Source: Spirogloea muscicola
Lineage: Eukaryota
Assembly (NCBI GenBank): GCA_009602725.1
Contig: WELB01000003.1
Coordinates: 1,277,500 to 1,325,303 of the forward strand
Reading direction: 5' to 3'
Length of the DNA: 47,804 nucleotides
Shown here: positions 11,610 to 27,625 of the stretch, one piece after another
Layout of the letters: each line of letters starts with the position of its first letter
Position numbering within the stretch: position 1 is the stretch's first letter
Notes under the pieces: model-generated
Databases searched by the model: none
Told to the model about the DNA's origin: nothing
The model's input: the letters and a program-made list of their open reading frames with translations, nothing else
Made by a program: the position numbers and the translations under genes

Positions 11610-12165
11610 CACTCTATTTTTGGGCTGGCCACTCACAGCCATCGCCCACAACTGGAAGCGTCTCTCTCTTCAGCGTTTGTTCGGGCTGGCTTATCACAGC
11701 CCTTGCCCCCAATGGGAGAGCCACTTCTATCTCTGGTCTCTTCTTTTCCTGGTCCCTTTGCCAGCCCCTCTTCTCTCTTCTCTATGGGCGAGCCCTTTCT
11801 TTTTGTCACCTTAGGCACCTTAGTTTTGGTCTCCGTATCATGTAGCCTTGTTTAGTTTGCACTCGACTCTGCCTGTACAAAGTATTGGCTTAAATTGGCC
11901 TCCCTTTCATTCCTTGCGCCCCGCGCGCCTTCTCTCTTTTCCTGATCCCTTCGGACTTTGTCAATTCTTCTTGCTGGGCTGGCCACTCACAGCCATCGCC
12001 CACTACTGGAAGCGACTTCTCTTACATCTTTGGCAGAGAGAAGGCGCGCGGTGCGCATGAAATTGAAAGGGAGGCCAATTCTAGCCTTAACAAATGTCCT
12101 GTAAACTGGGTAATGAGCTGGCTAAGGGGGACTAGAGGCAATGACTATGAGAGGCCAGCCCAATG
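11610..12165. repeat. Stack of retroelement 3'-end modules in both orientations
   Basis: GGGCTGGC..CAGCC modules at ~11622, 11683, 11750 and 11976 (+) and ~12150 (-); type E terminus 11812-11940 (+); type F terminus 12036-12135 (-). Confidence 0.8.
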
Positions 12166-12546
12166 GCGCACACCCTGGGAACGCCCAAACTAACCGAGAG
12201 CCGCATTTTGTGATGAGCAAGCAATGCTTGCGGGACGCTAAGGAGAGTTGTGCCTGGGCGAGCCCACACCCACGCCGCTGGAGCCGCTTGGGGGCTCAAT
12301 GGCGTCGATCGACTGGGAATCGTTCCGATTGCCCCCAAGCGCAGTGCCACTGCCGCACAATTGCGCGGCAGTCCAGCCCGCTTCTGCCGTTCGCTCGCGA
12401 CGGTGGGTTCAGTGGGCGGTCGGTGGGCGTTGGAGCGCAGCCCCCCACGGCAGGGCCCCCGAGCCTCGCGCCGTCGACGCCATCGCCACAGCGGCGGCGG
12501 CGGCGGCCGCGGCGGCGGCGCGGCGNCGGCGGCGGCGGCGGCGGCA

Positions 12547-12578
<32 letters not shown>

Positions 12579-12653
12579 CACGCCTGTTCTTCAGGGAAGG
12601 GCCTCCGGCAGGTGGGCTGACTGGGCGTGCTGCGGCTCGGCTCCCGCATTCAG

Positions 12654-14337
12654 GTGAAGAAGGTGCAGGCGCAGTATGCCAGGTACGAGGCCAGCGGCGG
12701 CGGCGGCGGCGGCGGCGCCTCCGCGGCGCGGGAGCTTGCGAGCGCCTGCGACAGCGCCGAGTGGCAGGTCGGGCCTCTCGCTCACTCCGCGGCCATCGCC
12801 GGCGAATTGCGGCGCTGCTCCGGACAGGCCGACGCCGCCGCCGCCGCCATTGCGTAGATGGAGACTCATAGCCAACTGGGCTATGCCACTCTCGGGCGTA
12901 CAGTCTGAGCCGTGAAGATCAGGCTCTGGGTGCTGATGCTCGCACCCCATTGCCACCGCCGCCGCTGTTTCGTCGCTGGCGGCTCTCGTTGCCACCGCCA
13001 CGAGCAGCTGGAGGAGCTGGAGAAGGCCGTCGCCGTCGCCGAGCGCGACCCCAAGCGCTTCTGCGTGGACCCCCCCGAGATCGCGGCGCGCCGGCAATGG
13101 ATCAGCGACACCCACAACCAGGTCGATGCCGGCCCAGGGTTCGTCGGCGAGGCTGGCCGCAACCCATGAGCAGGGAGGCTCCGTGGCTGCCGCAAACTGA
13201 CAGCATTGCCCAGACACCAGGTGCCAAGTCTGTGTCCGCTTGCTGAGAATGTACCCAAGGTGCCTGCGCTTAATTTTCCTGGCCGCCAGATCCTAGGCAT
13301 CCAGAGGCGGCTGGCTGCCGCCACAGCGGAGAAGCCTGTGAGAGATGGCGTTGCCGGAGCGGCAGGCGGGACCAGGCGGGAGCTCGTGCGGCCCGCACCC
13401 GGGAAGTCGACAGCGTACCCATCCTCGGCCGCCGCCGACCTGGATGAAGACGGCTTCTCGTCGGGGGCCGCAGACCGCCAGGCACTCCTTCTGCGGTGCG
13501 AGCTTTGTCCTTGTTGGTACTGCAGCTGTGGTGTTAGCTCGTCAAGTGTTTACGTTTCCCAATGGTGCTCTTCTGCTGACCAGCTGATGTTCGAGTCTCT
13601 CCGCAGAGAGCAAGACCAAGACCTGGACGACCTGAGCGCGACGGTGGAGCGGCTCGGGGACGTGGGCTTGACCATCCACGACGAGCTTGGCAAGCAGGTG
13701 AGGCGCTCAGTCAACAGGCTCGAAGCTCTCCGCCTCCCCCCCCACCACTTCCAAGATTGCACAGCACACATCAGATACTGCGAGTTGCGCTTGTTGTCAA
13801 GGCTTGCAGGTAGGGGATTTAAGCGCGGACACCGTGGGTGGTGCATGTTTCAGGACAGAATTCTGGACGAGCTCGTCTCCGAGATGGATGTGACCAGCAG
13901 CCGCTTGGACTACGTCCAGGTGACGTTCTGCTTGCGTCATGCCCCGCTTTCTGAATGGCAACAAGAAGCATGTCACAACCTGAGCACTGATGGCATCGTG
14001 CCCCTCAGTCTATGCTGGGGTTGAGCATTAGCAGGCCGTCAGTAGGCGTGGCCCACTGCCACCCATTTCAAGGGCGTGCTACAATGCTTGTGACTTGTAT
14101 AAAAGCTAACCTGCTGGCTCTTCTGGTGCTATCCTGGGGCTCTGGCTGATCTGTGAGCTGGCATAGAGGAAGTGGTTGGCTGAGAGAAGCCATTTGTCTC
14201 AATCTCCGGCTGCTCGATGCGCGCAGAAGAAGATGGCGGCGGTGATCAAGAAGGCTGGCGTGAAGGGTCAGCTGCTCATGATTGTCTTCCTGGTCATGCT
14301 ACTCGTGTCCCTCATCGTCCTGGTGTTCTATGGGTGA
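12654..14337 (+). CDS. SYP61: Syntaxin-6 / SYP61-like Qc-SNARE; first exon not found, probably lost at the single-N gap at 12526
   Basis: Exons read VKKVQAQYARYE..ELASACDSAEWQ, LEELEKAVAVAERDPKRFCVDPPEIAARRQWI (Syntaxin-6_N), EQDQDLDDLSATVERLGDVGLTIHDELGKQ|DRILDELVSEMDVTSSRLDYVQ (SNARE) and KKMAAVIKKAGVKGQLLMIVFLVMLLVSLIVLVFYG* (C-terminal TM). Confidence 0.92.
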
Positions 14338-15211
14338 TATATGCTGGCCAGGCGCTCGTCCTGCTCCTTGTCGTTGCGTATCTCGTCATATTCTACCACC
14401 AGGGCAATTTCTGAAACTTGCTCGCGCAGCTTTGGCCGGCAATGAGAGGCACAGCCTGAAGCTCCCCCCGTCATACAGCATTGGCTGTTGATGGCTGTGC
14501 TTAAGCTGGTGTCGCCGCCACGCCACTCTCAGACTTCTTCTGCACTAGGCCCTCTGCAATGCCATGCTGGAATGGGCTTGGAAGAATGTCCCTGTGCTTG
14601 TTGCGAAACCATCAGTAGCCCTTCTGTGACACCCGTGGTCATGTACTTTAATCTGAAGTGCATATGGATCAAGACAATTGCTTCATTCATGTCAGAAAAT
14701 CCACAGCTTTGGCACATGCTCAGAGTCAGACTTCCTACTTTGCTTCCTCATGGCAAGTGAATAATGGGATGATTTGCTTGTGAGCCATCCACACTCTGGG
14801 TTTCTTGTGAGGAGCCAATGTAAGGCCGCATCGACCCCTGTCCGCTAAGTCAACGAGTGGCTACCTACAGAGTACTGCACGCACATTGTTAATGGCAGCA
14901 TACACTTGTTTAGTGATGCGTGTTGCGAGTGCTCCTCTGGTCTTTACTTCTCATATGTGGCAGCAGTTCATTCAAGTAGACGAGCTTGCAAGAGATTCTC
15001 GGTGGTAAGTATGCCTTCTTGGAGGGCAAGGCAATAGAATGCAACCGTAACAAAAGAATCAGTATAATAGCTGCAAGAAGAGTGGCAAGAAGAGACAGCC
15101 ATCACGTTGCAGCAGAGATTGCTGCAGCGCAGGCTTCGAGGTGGCTCAGCCATATTAGTCCAAGAGGTCGGCGAAGCGGCCGAGTGTGAAATGCACCATC
15201 AGGGAGCGCTG

Positions 15212-20699
<5,488 letters not shown>

Positions 20700-21034
20700 C
20701 GTCTACAGTGCGATGGTGGCAGCCCGCTCGTTTGCGGGAAGGTGCCACCCACGCGGCAAGCTGGCGGAGGGCTCCGACGGGGGAGGCCGGTGTCGGGGGC
20801 TCGAGATGAGCATGCCCCCCCACCACCACCACCCCCGGCCTCTACCAGCCTCTCAGGCGCACCTCCGCGGCGCCGCCGCCGTCGCGGCCGGCCGCAGCCA
20901 GGCGCAGGCAGGGGCCTGGGCAGTGCCGCGCCGGCCCTTCTCCACCATCGCTGGGTGGCCGGCTCGCTGCCCGCCGCGGCCGCGTCCAATGGGACACGCA
21001 CACATCCGGAGGAGCCCTGCCGGGGGTGTCTGCG

Positions 21035-21068
<34 letters not shown>

Positions 21069-21357
21069 TCTGCGGGGAGGTGCAGCTCGGGCGGCTGCTG
21101 CAGCAAGCTGGGGAGTTGGAAAAGGTCTTGTCCATTCTTCTCAAATTTGTGATTGTTTGGTCTCTACATGTTATGGTTATTCGCGTATTCTAGTGGGGCT
21201 GGCTGTTCACAGCCTCTGCCCGCTTTGGGAGAGCCACTTTCGTGGACGACGCTGGACAAATATGACCGTACAGCAGATTTGTCGGAAAACCACGCTCTGT
21301 GGAAGCCCCCGCCGCGGCACGCGGCGCGGTTGCCGGCGCGCGCGGCGGCGGCGGCGG

Positions 21358-21838
21358 NNNNNNNNNNNNNNNNNNNNNNNNNNNNNNNNNNNNNNNNNNN
21401 NNNNNNNNNNNNNNNNNNNNNNNNNNNNNNNNNNNNNNNNNNNNNNNNNNNNNNNNNNNNNNNNNNNNNNNNNNNNNNNNNNNNNNNNNNNNNNNNNNNN
21501 NNNNNNNNNNNNNNNNNNNNNNNNNNNNNNNNNNNNNNNNNNNNNNNNNNNNNNNNNNNNNNNNNNNNNNNNNNNNNNNNNNNNNNNNNNNNNNNNNNNN
21601 NNNNNNNNNNNNNNNNNNNNNNNNNNNNNNNNNNNNNNNNNNNNNNNNNNNNNNNNNNNNNNNNNNNNNNNNNNNNNNNNNNNNNNNNNNNNNNNNNNNN
21701 NNNNNNNNNNNNNNNNNNNNNNNNNNNNNNNNNNNNNNNNNNNNNNNNNNNNNNNNNNNNNNNNNNNNNNNNNNNNNNNNNNNNNNNNNNNNNNNNNNNN
21801 NNNNNNNNNNNNNNNNNNNNNNNNNNNNNNNNNNNNNN
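21358..21838. other. Assembly gap (481 N)
   Basis: Run of N flanked by a (GCG)n tract on the left and CRE RLE sequence on the right. Confidence 1.
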
Positions 21839-22369
21839 CGCGACGCTCGTCGGGCACGCGGTCGCTCTGGCGGCTCGGAGTAAGGAGCGCAAGTACTCTG
21901 ACCACCCTCCAGGCGATGCCTTCGCGGCACTGGCCATTGACGTACACGGGGCATTTGGCAGTGGCTGGTTGAATCTCCTCCAGCGGCTTGCCCGGGAGGC
22001 CATCGAGCGGCGGCAGGGTTCGCCAGGCTTCAATGCTGCCGGCTCCCTCTCGCAGGTCTTTCGGATGTGGCTGGCGGTCTCGCTGCAGCGCTCTTTGGCT
22101 CATGCGGTCCACGCGCGGGCTGGCCGTGCTATGGCTGCTGCTTCCGGGTCTCGGCAAAGTGCCGCTTCTCCTGCTCCGAGTTACTCTGATCTGCTGTTGC
22201 TCACACGTGGATACTGAGCAGCCATCTGCATCTCCCTCTGCACCATCTTGCACTTTGTAGTGTAGTCCTTTTTCAGCACCTCTTTCTTTGGCTTTGAACA
22301 TTGTCCATTCTTTTTGGGTTGGCTTTGCCAGCCCCTCTTCTCAATGGGCGAGCACCTTCTTCTTTCTTC
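21839..22369 (+). mobile_element. CRE 3' portion of the same subfamily as 1-3150; may extend into the gap
   Basis: GHAVALAARSKERKYSDHPPGDAFAALAIDVHGAFGSGW...SYSDLLLLTRGY* (stop at 22217), then UTR, hairpin module and CTTCTTCTTTCTTC tail. Confidence 0.92.
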
Positions 22370-22785
22370 GCCCGTCGCTTCCATGGTGAACCGGTAGACT
22401 TTCCTGCAGCCGGGTCGCTGGCGCAAGTGTATCGCATGCGCTTGGCCGTCTCGCTGCAGAGGTCCATGGCCCGTGCGCTGCACCTTCGTGCTGGACGAGC
22501 CCTTGCTGCTGCCTCTGGCTCTATCCAGGGGACCCACTTCCAGGACCCTAGCCTCTCTGATTTGCGGCTGCTTAGCAGGGGTTACTGAGTGATCTGTAGC
22601 TGCTTTCTTTCTTTGTGTGCTTTGGTTTCTTAGCGCTTCCTCTGGCTTCCTCTGGCCCCCTTCTGGCTGGCTTTGCCAGCCCCTCTTTCTCTATGGGCGA
22701 GCCTTCTATCTTCTCGTTCTTTGTACATTCTTTTTTGGGCTGGCTTGTCCAGCCCCTATCCTCAATGGGCGAGCCCTTTCTTTTC
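22370..22785 (+). mobile_element. 5'-truncated CRE copy (subfamily ending LLSRGY) directly abutting the previous tail
   Basis: ARRFHGEPVDFPAAGSLAQVYRMRLAVSLQRSMARALHLRAGRALAAASG..LSDLRLLSRGY* (stop at 22588); close relative of 26636-27109. Confidence 0.9.
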
Positions 22786-23230
22786 TTAGTGCTTCGCCTT
22801 AGTGCTTCGCCTGGCCCTTCTTCTTGGGCTTCTTGTACTCTGCTCATTCTTTTTTGGGCTGGCTGTTCCAGCCCCTATCCTCAATGGGCGAGCTCTTTCT
22901 TAAAAAGCGCACCCAGTGGCCGCTTGAGTCCCTGTGTGCTTAAGCGCTTTTTCTGGCTCCTTACCTCTGTTGATCACCTGTTTCTGGGCTGGCCAATCAC
23001 AGCCATCGCCCTCTACTGAGGCTTTCAACCGGCCCTTTCAGACCTTGTACAGTCCTTTGGGCTGGCCTTCCACAGCCACTGCCTTATGTTGGAAGAGCTG
23101 TCTCTTTTCCATAGTAAGAAATAGCTCTGTCAAGGTAAGGCAAAGGCTGTGAGAAGATGAAAATGTAAGCTCATTCAAAGGTGGCGAGGGCTGTGAGAGG
23201 CCAGCCCAAAGTACTGAACAAGGCCCAGAA
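22786..23230. repeat. Continuation of the head-to-tail array of 3'-end modules
   Basis: Modules at ~22856, 22986 and 23059 (+) and ~23190 (-), each preceded by a short subfamily-specific UTR piece. Confidence 0.8.
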
Positions 23231-23708
23231 GACTGCCGTCGCCGCCTCGCCAGTCGTGCCCCTGCATGGTTCGACCCCTGCCGTGGTCTGAAGAGCCCAA
23301 ATTCTTCTGTTGGCAAGACCAGCAGCAGATTCCCGCCTGTCTTCGCCTGCGCGCCGGCTCTTGCAGAGTGCAACTCTGAGAGGCCCAGCCAGGTCACTCT
23401 TTCTGCAACTGAGAGGCGAGCACCCAGTTCCTCCTGTGTCCCGACACAATGTCTCAGTCCTATGGACTGTCACACAGAGAGATCCAAGGGGTTTGCCTTG
23501 AGCCGCGGGCCAGCCAGCGGATGGATTGTCAAAGTCAGTCTAGTCAGAGTCCGACACAGTCTCTGCTGCATTGTGCATCAGTGTGATCAAAGTATCACAA
23601 GCAGACGCAGTGCCTGGTACCACAGGGGCAGGCATGCATGGATGTACAACCATATTTGGTTGCTGAGGAAGAGAGGGCCCTGGTTGTGGCACGTTGAGGA
23701 CAGGCGTC

Positions 23709-25819
23709 TTAACCACCATAGCGCTCTTGCAGTGCAGGAGGTGGTAGCTCTGTCATGATGGAGGGGTTGCTGTCCAAGTACTGGCGAATGGTAGTGGTGC
23801 GATCAGCCAGGAACGTGGCATCCAAGAATGAGTCGCAGGCCTCCTTACCAAGGGTTTCAGCTGCAAGGACGCTGCACAAACACAGCCCCCTTCTGCGGCA
23901 ATGAGGAGTACAATCCAGGCATTCACTCTGATATGTCAGGACTCCTCTACCATGTCAGGGAACAACTAACGTATGAGTCAAATATAGGAAAAGGAAGGCT
24001 CCCTGGTAACAATGTACCCTGCTCACCAGTGGCGGAGGTAAACACGGCATGGAAGTATATCGTCGATCCAGATTTTGTCAATGCCATACCGACCATATCG
24101 CCTATGGTATTCGTCCTCGCTGCCTGCAGCCGCTCCTATAGCCTTTACTTGCTGGGTTTGTGGTTTGAAAGCATGCATGCCACCATATCATCACTCCTTT
24201 TCAATGTCTACACAAAGCAACCTGTGTACGCTGTGCCTTCGTCAATCAAGGATTCTCAAGCAATGGCCAGATACGATCAGCACACCTTGGCAGCGTACTG
24301 AACGGTACTCTTCATTGCTGTAACGGCTGCACAACACCTTACAAGCATATACAGTTGTTGTCAATAATGTTGTCAGCATAAATTGTCAGAAGTTGAAGTG
24401 GAAGCCTTTAAGGCAGCGTGTGGTCACATCTGTACTACTGTTCATGTTCTTTAGTTTGGTGGAACATAAGAAGCCCTGCAGGCCGTGCAATGCATGTCCA
24501 AGTTTCTCAAGATGCCCTGGGAGCTATTAGCAGATAATAGTTGGTTAGAGGACATATTTTATGACTTACTGCCCGTCTCCCCAAGGCTTGGCCATCAAGA
24601 GATTCCGACACAACCTGAGATGTCATCGTCCAGAGTTCCCAATGTTGAAATGGAGAAAGCACTTCACAAAGCACAGAGGATTCTCCAGGTTTCTGGTACT
24701 ACGTTTGTACCAGCAATCTGATAGATGCAAATGAGCCCATGGAATTCTACTTGCAAAGGGAGGAATGAGTGACCAGATAAGAAGACTACGTTGAGGACTT
24801 GCGCTAGGAATAAGCTGATGGCGGTAAAGGCAGCCTTACAGCAAGAAAGCGGAATTCATGCTCCCTCTCAATGAATGCGGGTACCTGTGGTAACCCACGG
24901 TGTATAAGCGTGCCTCCTGAATGGAGCTCTGACATTGCTATTCAAATCCATGCAAGCTGCTAATCTACTGCGACTACTATGGTGATGCTCTGCTCAAACG
25001 AGCCCGTAAAGCCTGAAAGTAGGGATTGCAAAGTGAAAGCTGACACTTTGCAGTGGGCTGATTTTGGGGAAAGATAGAATCGTAACATCTGATTCATGAT
25101 TCAAGTGTTAGTACCTCCGACGCCTTGATCTCAAAGACCGTCACAGTTATGTTGCTATGATCTGCTGCTTCTGCACTCAGACTTGACATCTCCTGATTGT
25201 CAACCACCATCGAAGGCAGAGACAGCCACGTGAGCAAGAAGACAAGAAGCAATATCAGAAGAGCAACATCCTTACTGCTTACATGCCTTTTGACCTGCTT
25301 GCAATCTCCAATGCCTGTAAAGAGGCAAGATAAGTAAGACTTACCCTAGTGTTCATATCTGCGATGCCTCGCTGTAAGAAGACCGGTGCCACATGTGCAA
25401 ACACACGGCGAAAGCCCCTGACACGAGCAGTGCGGAAATGCTTCAGCTCCGGGAATGTGTATCTTGCACTTCTCTCTGTCAAGCAACGAGGAGCTCATCT
25501 CTCAGCAAGTTAAGCTGAAGCAAGTGAGCTTCGACGACAGGCAGGCAAATCTTGCCATGCAGCAGACCAGTTGGCGGCAAGACTAGAGCAGCTACAGTGA
25601 AGCTGACTTGACTTTCACCAACATACCTGACAGCAACGACCCAAAGCCAGCAATGGACAGGTACCCGTCCTCGTCAACGATAGTACTGAAGGCGCGAGCA
25701 TCCTCCATCTCAAAGGGAGCAGCATTGGGAGAAGTTGTTCGATCGTCGGACAGGACACCTCCAGCTCGTGGCCGCCTACCAATTGCTCCGATGGTCCGTT
25801 CAGGATGATTGCTATCCAT
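23709..25819 (-). CDS. Conserved plant/algal protein of unknown function with a GGCT (gamma-glutamylcyclotransferase)-like GFGSLL motif; a further upstream exon (to ~26151) is possible
   Basis: Exons read YLSIAGFGSLLS|ERSARYTFPELKHFRTARVRGFRRVFAHVAPVFLQRGIA, VTVFEIK, VPAFIEREHEFRFLA, VLCSRYSNEEY, RYGRYGIDKIWIDDILPCRVYLRHC and VLAAETLG..FLDATFLADRTTTIRQYL..LQERYGG*. Splice phases are consistent where checked. Confidence 0.85.
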
Positions 25820-26297
25820 CTCTTGAGAATCTGTCGCGGATGCGTTGTTGGCGGCTACTCCTTGCTACAGACCGGAAGGCAAAGCCAGAACAGAAAATTG
25901 GATTGAGCCTCCAAAGCAGAGGCTCCATCCAACTTGCTTGCATAACGAGAGATAAGCCAAAGTCACCTCATCATCGGCCTTCTTCGTGTACCTAGAGGCG
26001 TAGGCCCCACAGCCAAGCACGCCCTCGACAGGACGGCACTCCTCCCCACTGCCGCCGCAGCGGGCGTCGCAAGCACGCGGATGGTCTGCTGGGGGCAGCG
26101 CTGCAGACCGCCAGTGCAAGGGCAAGTGCGGGCGAGAGTGCGCCCGCTCATATCTCCTCAAAGAGCCAGTAGTATCCTCTCAACGGCAGCTTCGACGCCC
26201 CTGAGCCACGGCAAAGGGCGCGCCGCGCGCCTGCCGGCACAGGGCGCGCGCGGCAGCCGCGGCGGAGGCGGCGTCGGGCGCCCGCTCCCCTTCTTCA

Positions 26298-26421
26298 GAT
26301 ACCTTAGATTAGGTCTCCGTATTATGTAGCATTGTTTAGTCTGCACTCGACTCTGCCTGAACAATGTATTGGCTTGAATTGGCCTCCCTTTCAATTCATG
26401 CGCCCCGCGCGCCTTCTCTCT
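26298..26421 (+). repeat. Type E 3'-terminal repeat, flanked by CTTCTTCA direct repeats
   Basis: Near-identical to 3845-3970. CTTCTTCA occurs at 26290-26297 and 26420-26427. Confidence 0.8.
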
Positions 26422-26477
26422 TCTTCAATGACTCGCAGATGTGCTTTCCGGCTGAGATGCGCTTGCCAGCTGCACAT

Positions 26478-27370
26478 GAGAGAGAAGGCGCGCGGTGCGC
26501 ATGAAATTGAAAGGGAGGCCAATACTAGCCTTCCAAATGTCCTGTTAACTTGGTAATGAGCTGGCCAGGGGGGACACTAGTATCCCCGGGTGAGCACATG
26601 CATATCTGACAAGCTATACTGAGGAGCCCAAAACCTGCTCGGGCCAAAGAGCTGAAGTACGCGGATCATCCGCGGGAAGACGAGTTCTTCCCGTTGGCCA
26701 TCGACACACATGGGGCGCTGGGAGCTCGGTGGCTCGAGCTGCTCACCCAGCTCGCCCGCCACACCATCGCCCGGCGCTTCCATGGGGAGCCGGTTGACTT
26801 CCCTGCAGCCGGGTCGCTGGCGCAAGTGTATCGAATGCGCCTGGCCGTCTCGCTGCAGAGGTCCATGGCCCGGGCGCTGCACCTTCGTGCCGGCAGAGCC
26901 CTCGCTGCTGCCTCTGGCTCTGGCCAGGGGACCCACTTCCAGGAGCCCAGCATCTCTGATCTGCGGCTGCTTAGCAGGGGTTACTGAGTGTCTCGTAGCA
27001 GCTTTGTTTCTGTTACTTAGCGCTTCCCCTGGCCCCCTTCTCGTACTCTGTTCATTCTTTTTCGGGCTGGTTGTTCCAGCCCCTATTCTCAATGGGCGAG
27101 CACTTTCTTCAAAACCACCACCACGGAAGCCACTAGCCTGGGCTAAAGCACGACCAGCACGCTCGGGAATAGCGAGTGCTTGGGAGCGCTGCAGACTCAA
27201 TGATAGCCGCATTCTATAGCATGCCACGATGGCTTGCGGGACGCTAGAATGGCCTAAGCTACCGGCCCGAGTACGTCGGCGGGCATCAACATGCAGTGCC
27301 AGGCGATGGAGGAGGGAAGACCACTTCGTTCTGTAGCCGCCGTACATGTCCATGGCGCATATCAGTCGTT
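26478..27370 (-). mobile_element. CRE copy (subfamily ending VLTRGY with type F 3' UTR), split by a nested insertion
   Basis: MDMYGGYRTKWSSLLHRLA..YRMRLSLSLQRSQALAIPERAGRALAQASGFRGGG (27370-27117) resumes as ..PQYSLSDMHVLTRGY* plus UTR ending gcgcaccgcgcgccttctctc (26635-26478). An uninterrupted relative lies at 37745-37972. Confidence 0.88.
26636..27109 (+). mobile_element. 5'-truncated CRE copy (LLSRGY subfamily) nested in the opposite-strand copy, with a 6-7 bp TSD
   Basis: KELKYADHPREDEFFPLAIDTHGALGARW...ISDLRLLSRGY* (stop at 26987), then the hairpin module. CAAAACC occurs at 26629-26635 and 27110-27116. Confidence 0.92.
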
Positions 27371-27384
27371 CTAGCGCTGTCGAG

Positions 27385-27625
27385 TGTCGGCCTGTTTGCA
27401 GCGTGCTCAGGCTCATGCCTTGCACCAGAAAGCTGAGCTGGGCGAGCTCTAGTTGGTGGCAGAAGGCCTTGGAATTTGCCATTCGGTATTCAGGCATCCA
27501 TTAGCGACCTTTATGTGTTGACCCGTGGTTACTCAGCGGGTCAAATATGCAGTGCGTAATGTACGTCAATGTACGTCATCAGATGCTTGCCTTTGTACTT
27601 GGCCAATTCTGCCTTCGATTGAACA
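27385..27625 (+). mobile_element. CRE 3' fragment of a further subfamily, related to 31331-31935
   Basis: SACLQRAQAHALHQKA.. and ..ISDLYVLTRGY, then a UTR containing atgcttgcctttgtacttggcc. Confidence 0.8.

Noticed and set aside
20713..22301. Long ORFs spanning the N gap
   Set aside because: Artefacts of translating N as X.
22300..23230. CRISPR-like array (hairpin repeat plus variable spacers)
   Set aside because: The context is eukaryotic, there are no cas genes, spacing is irregular, repeats are degenerate and in both orientations, and the 'spacers' are recognisable retroelement UTR pieces.
26577..27497. 306-aa minus-strand ORF as a real gene
   Set aside because: It is a chimeric read-through of three different retroelement fragments, including the antisense strand of a nested insertion.
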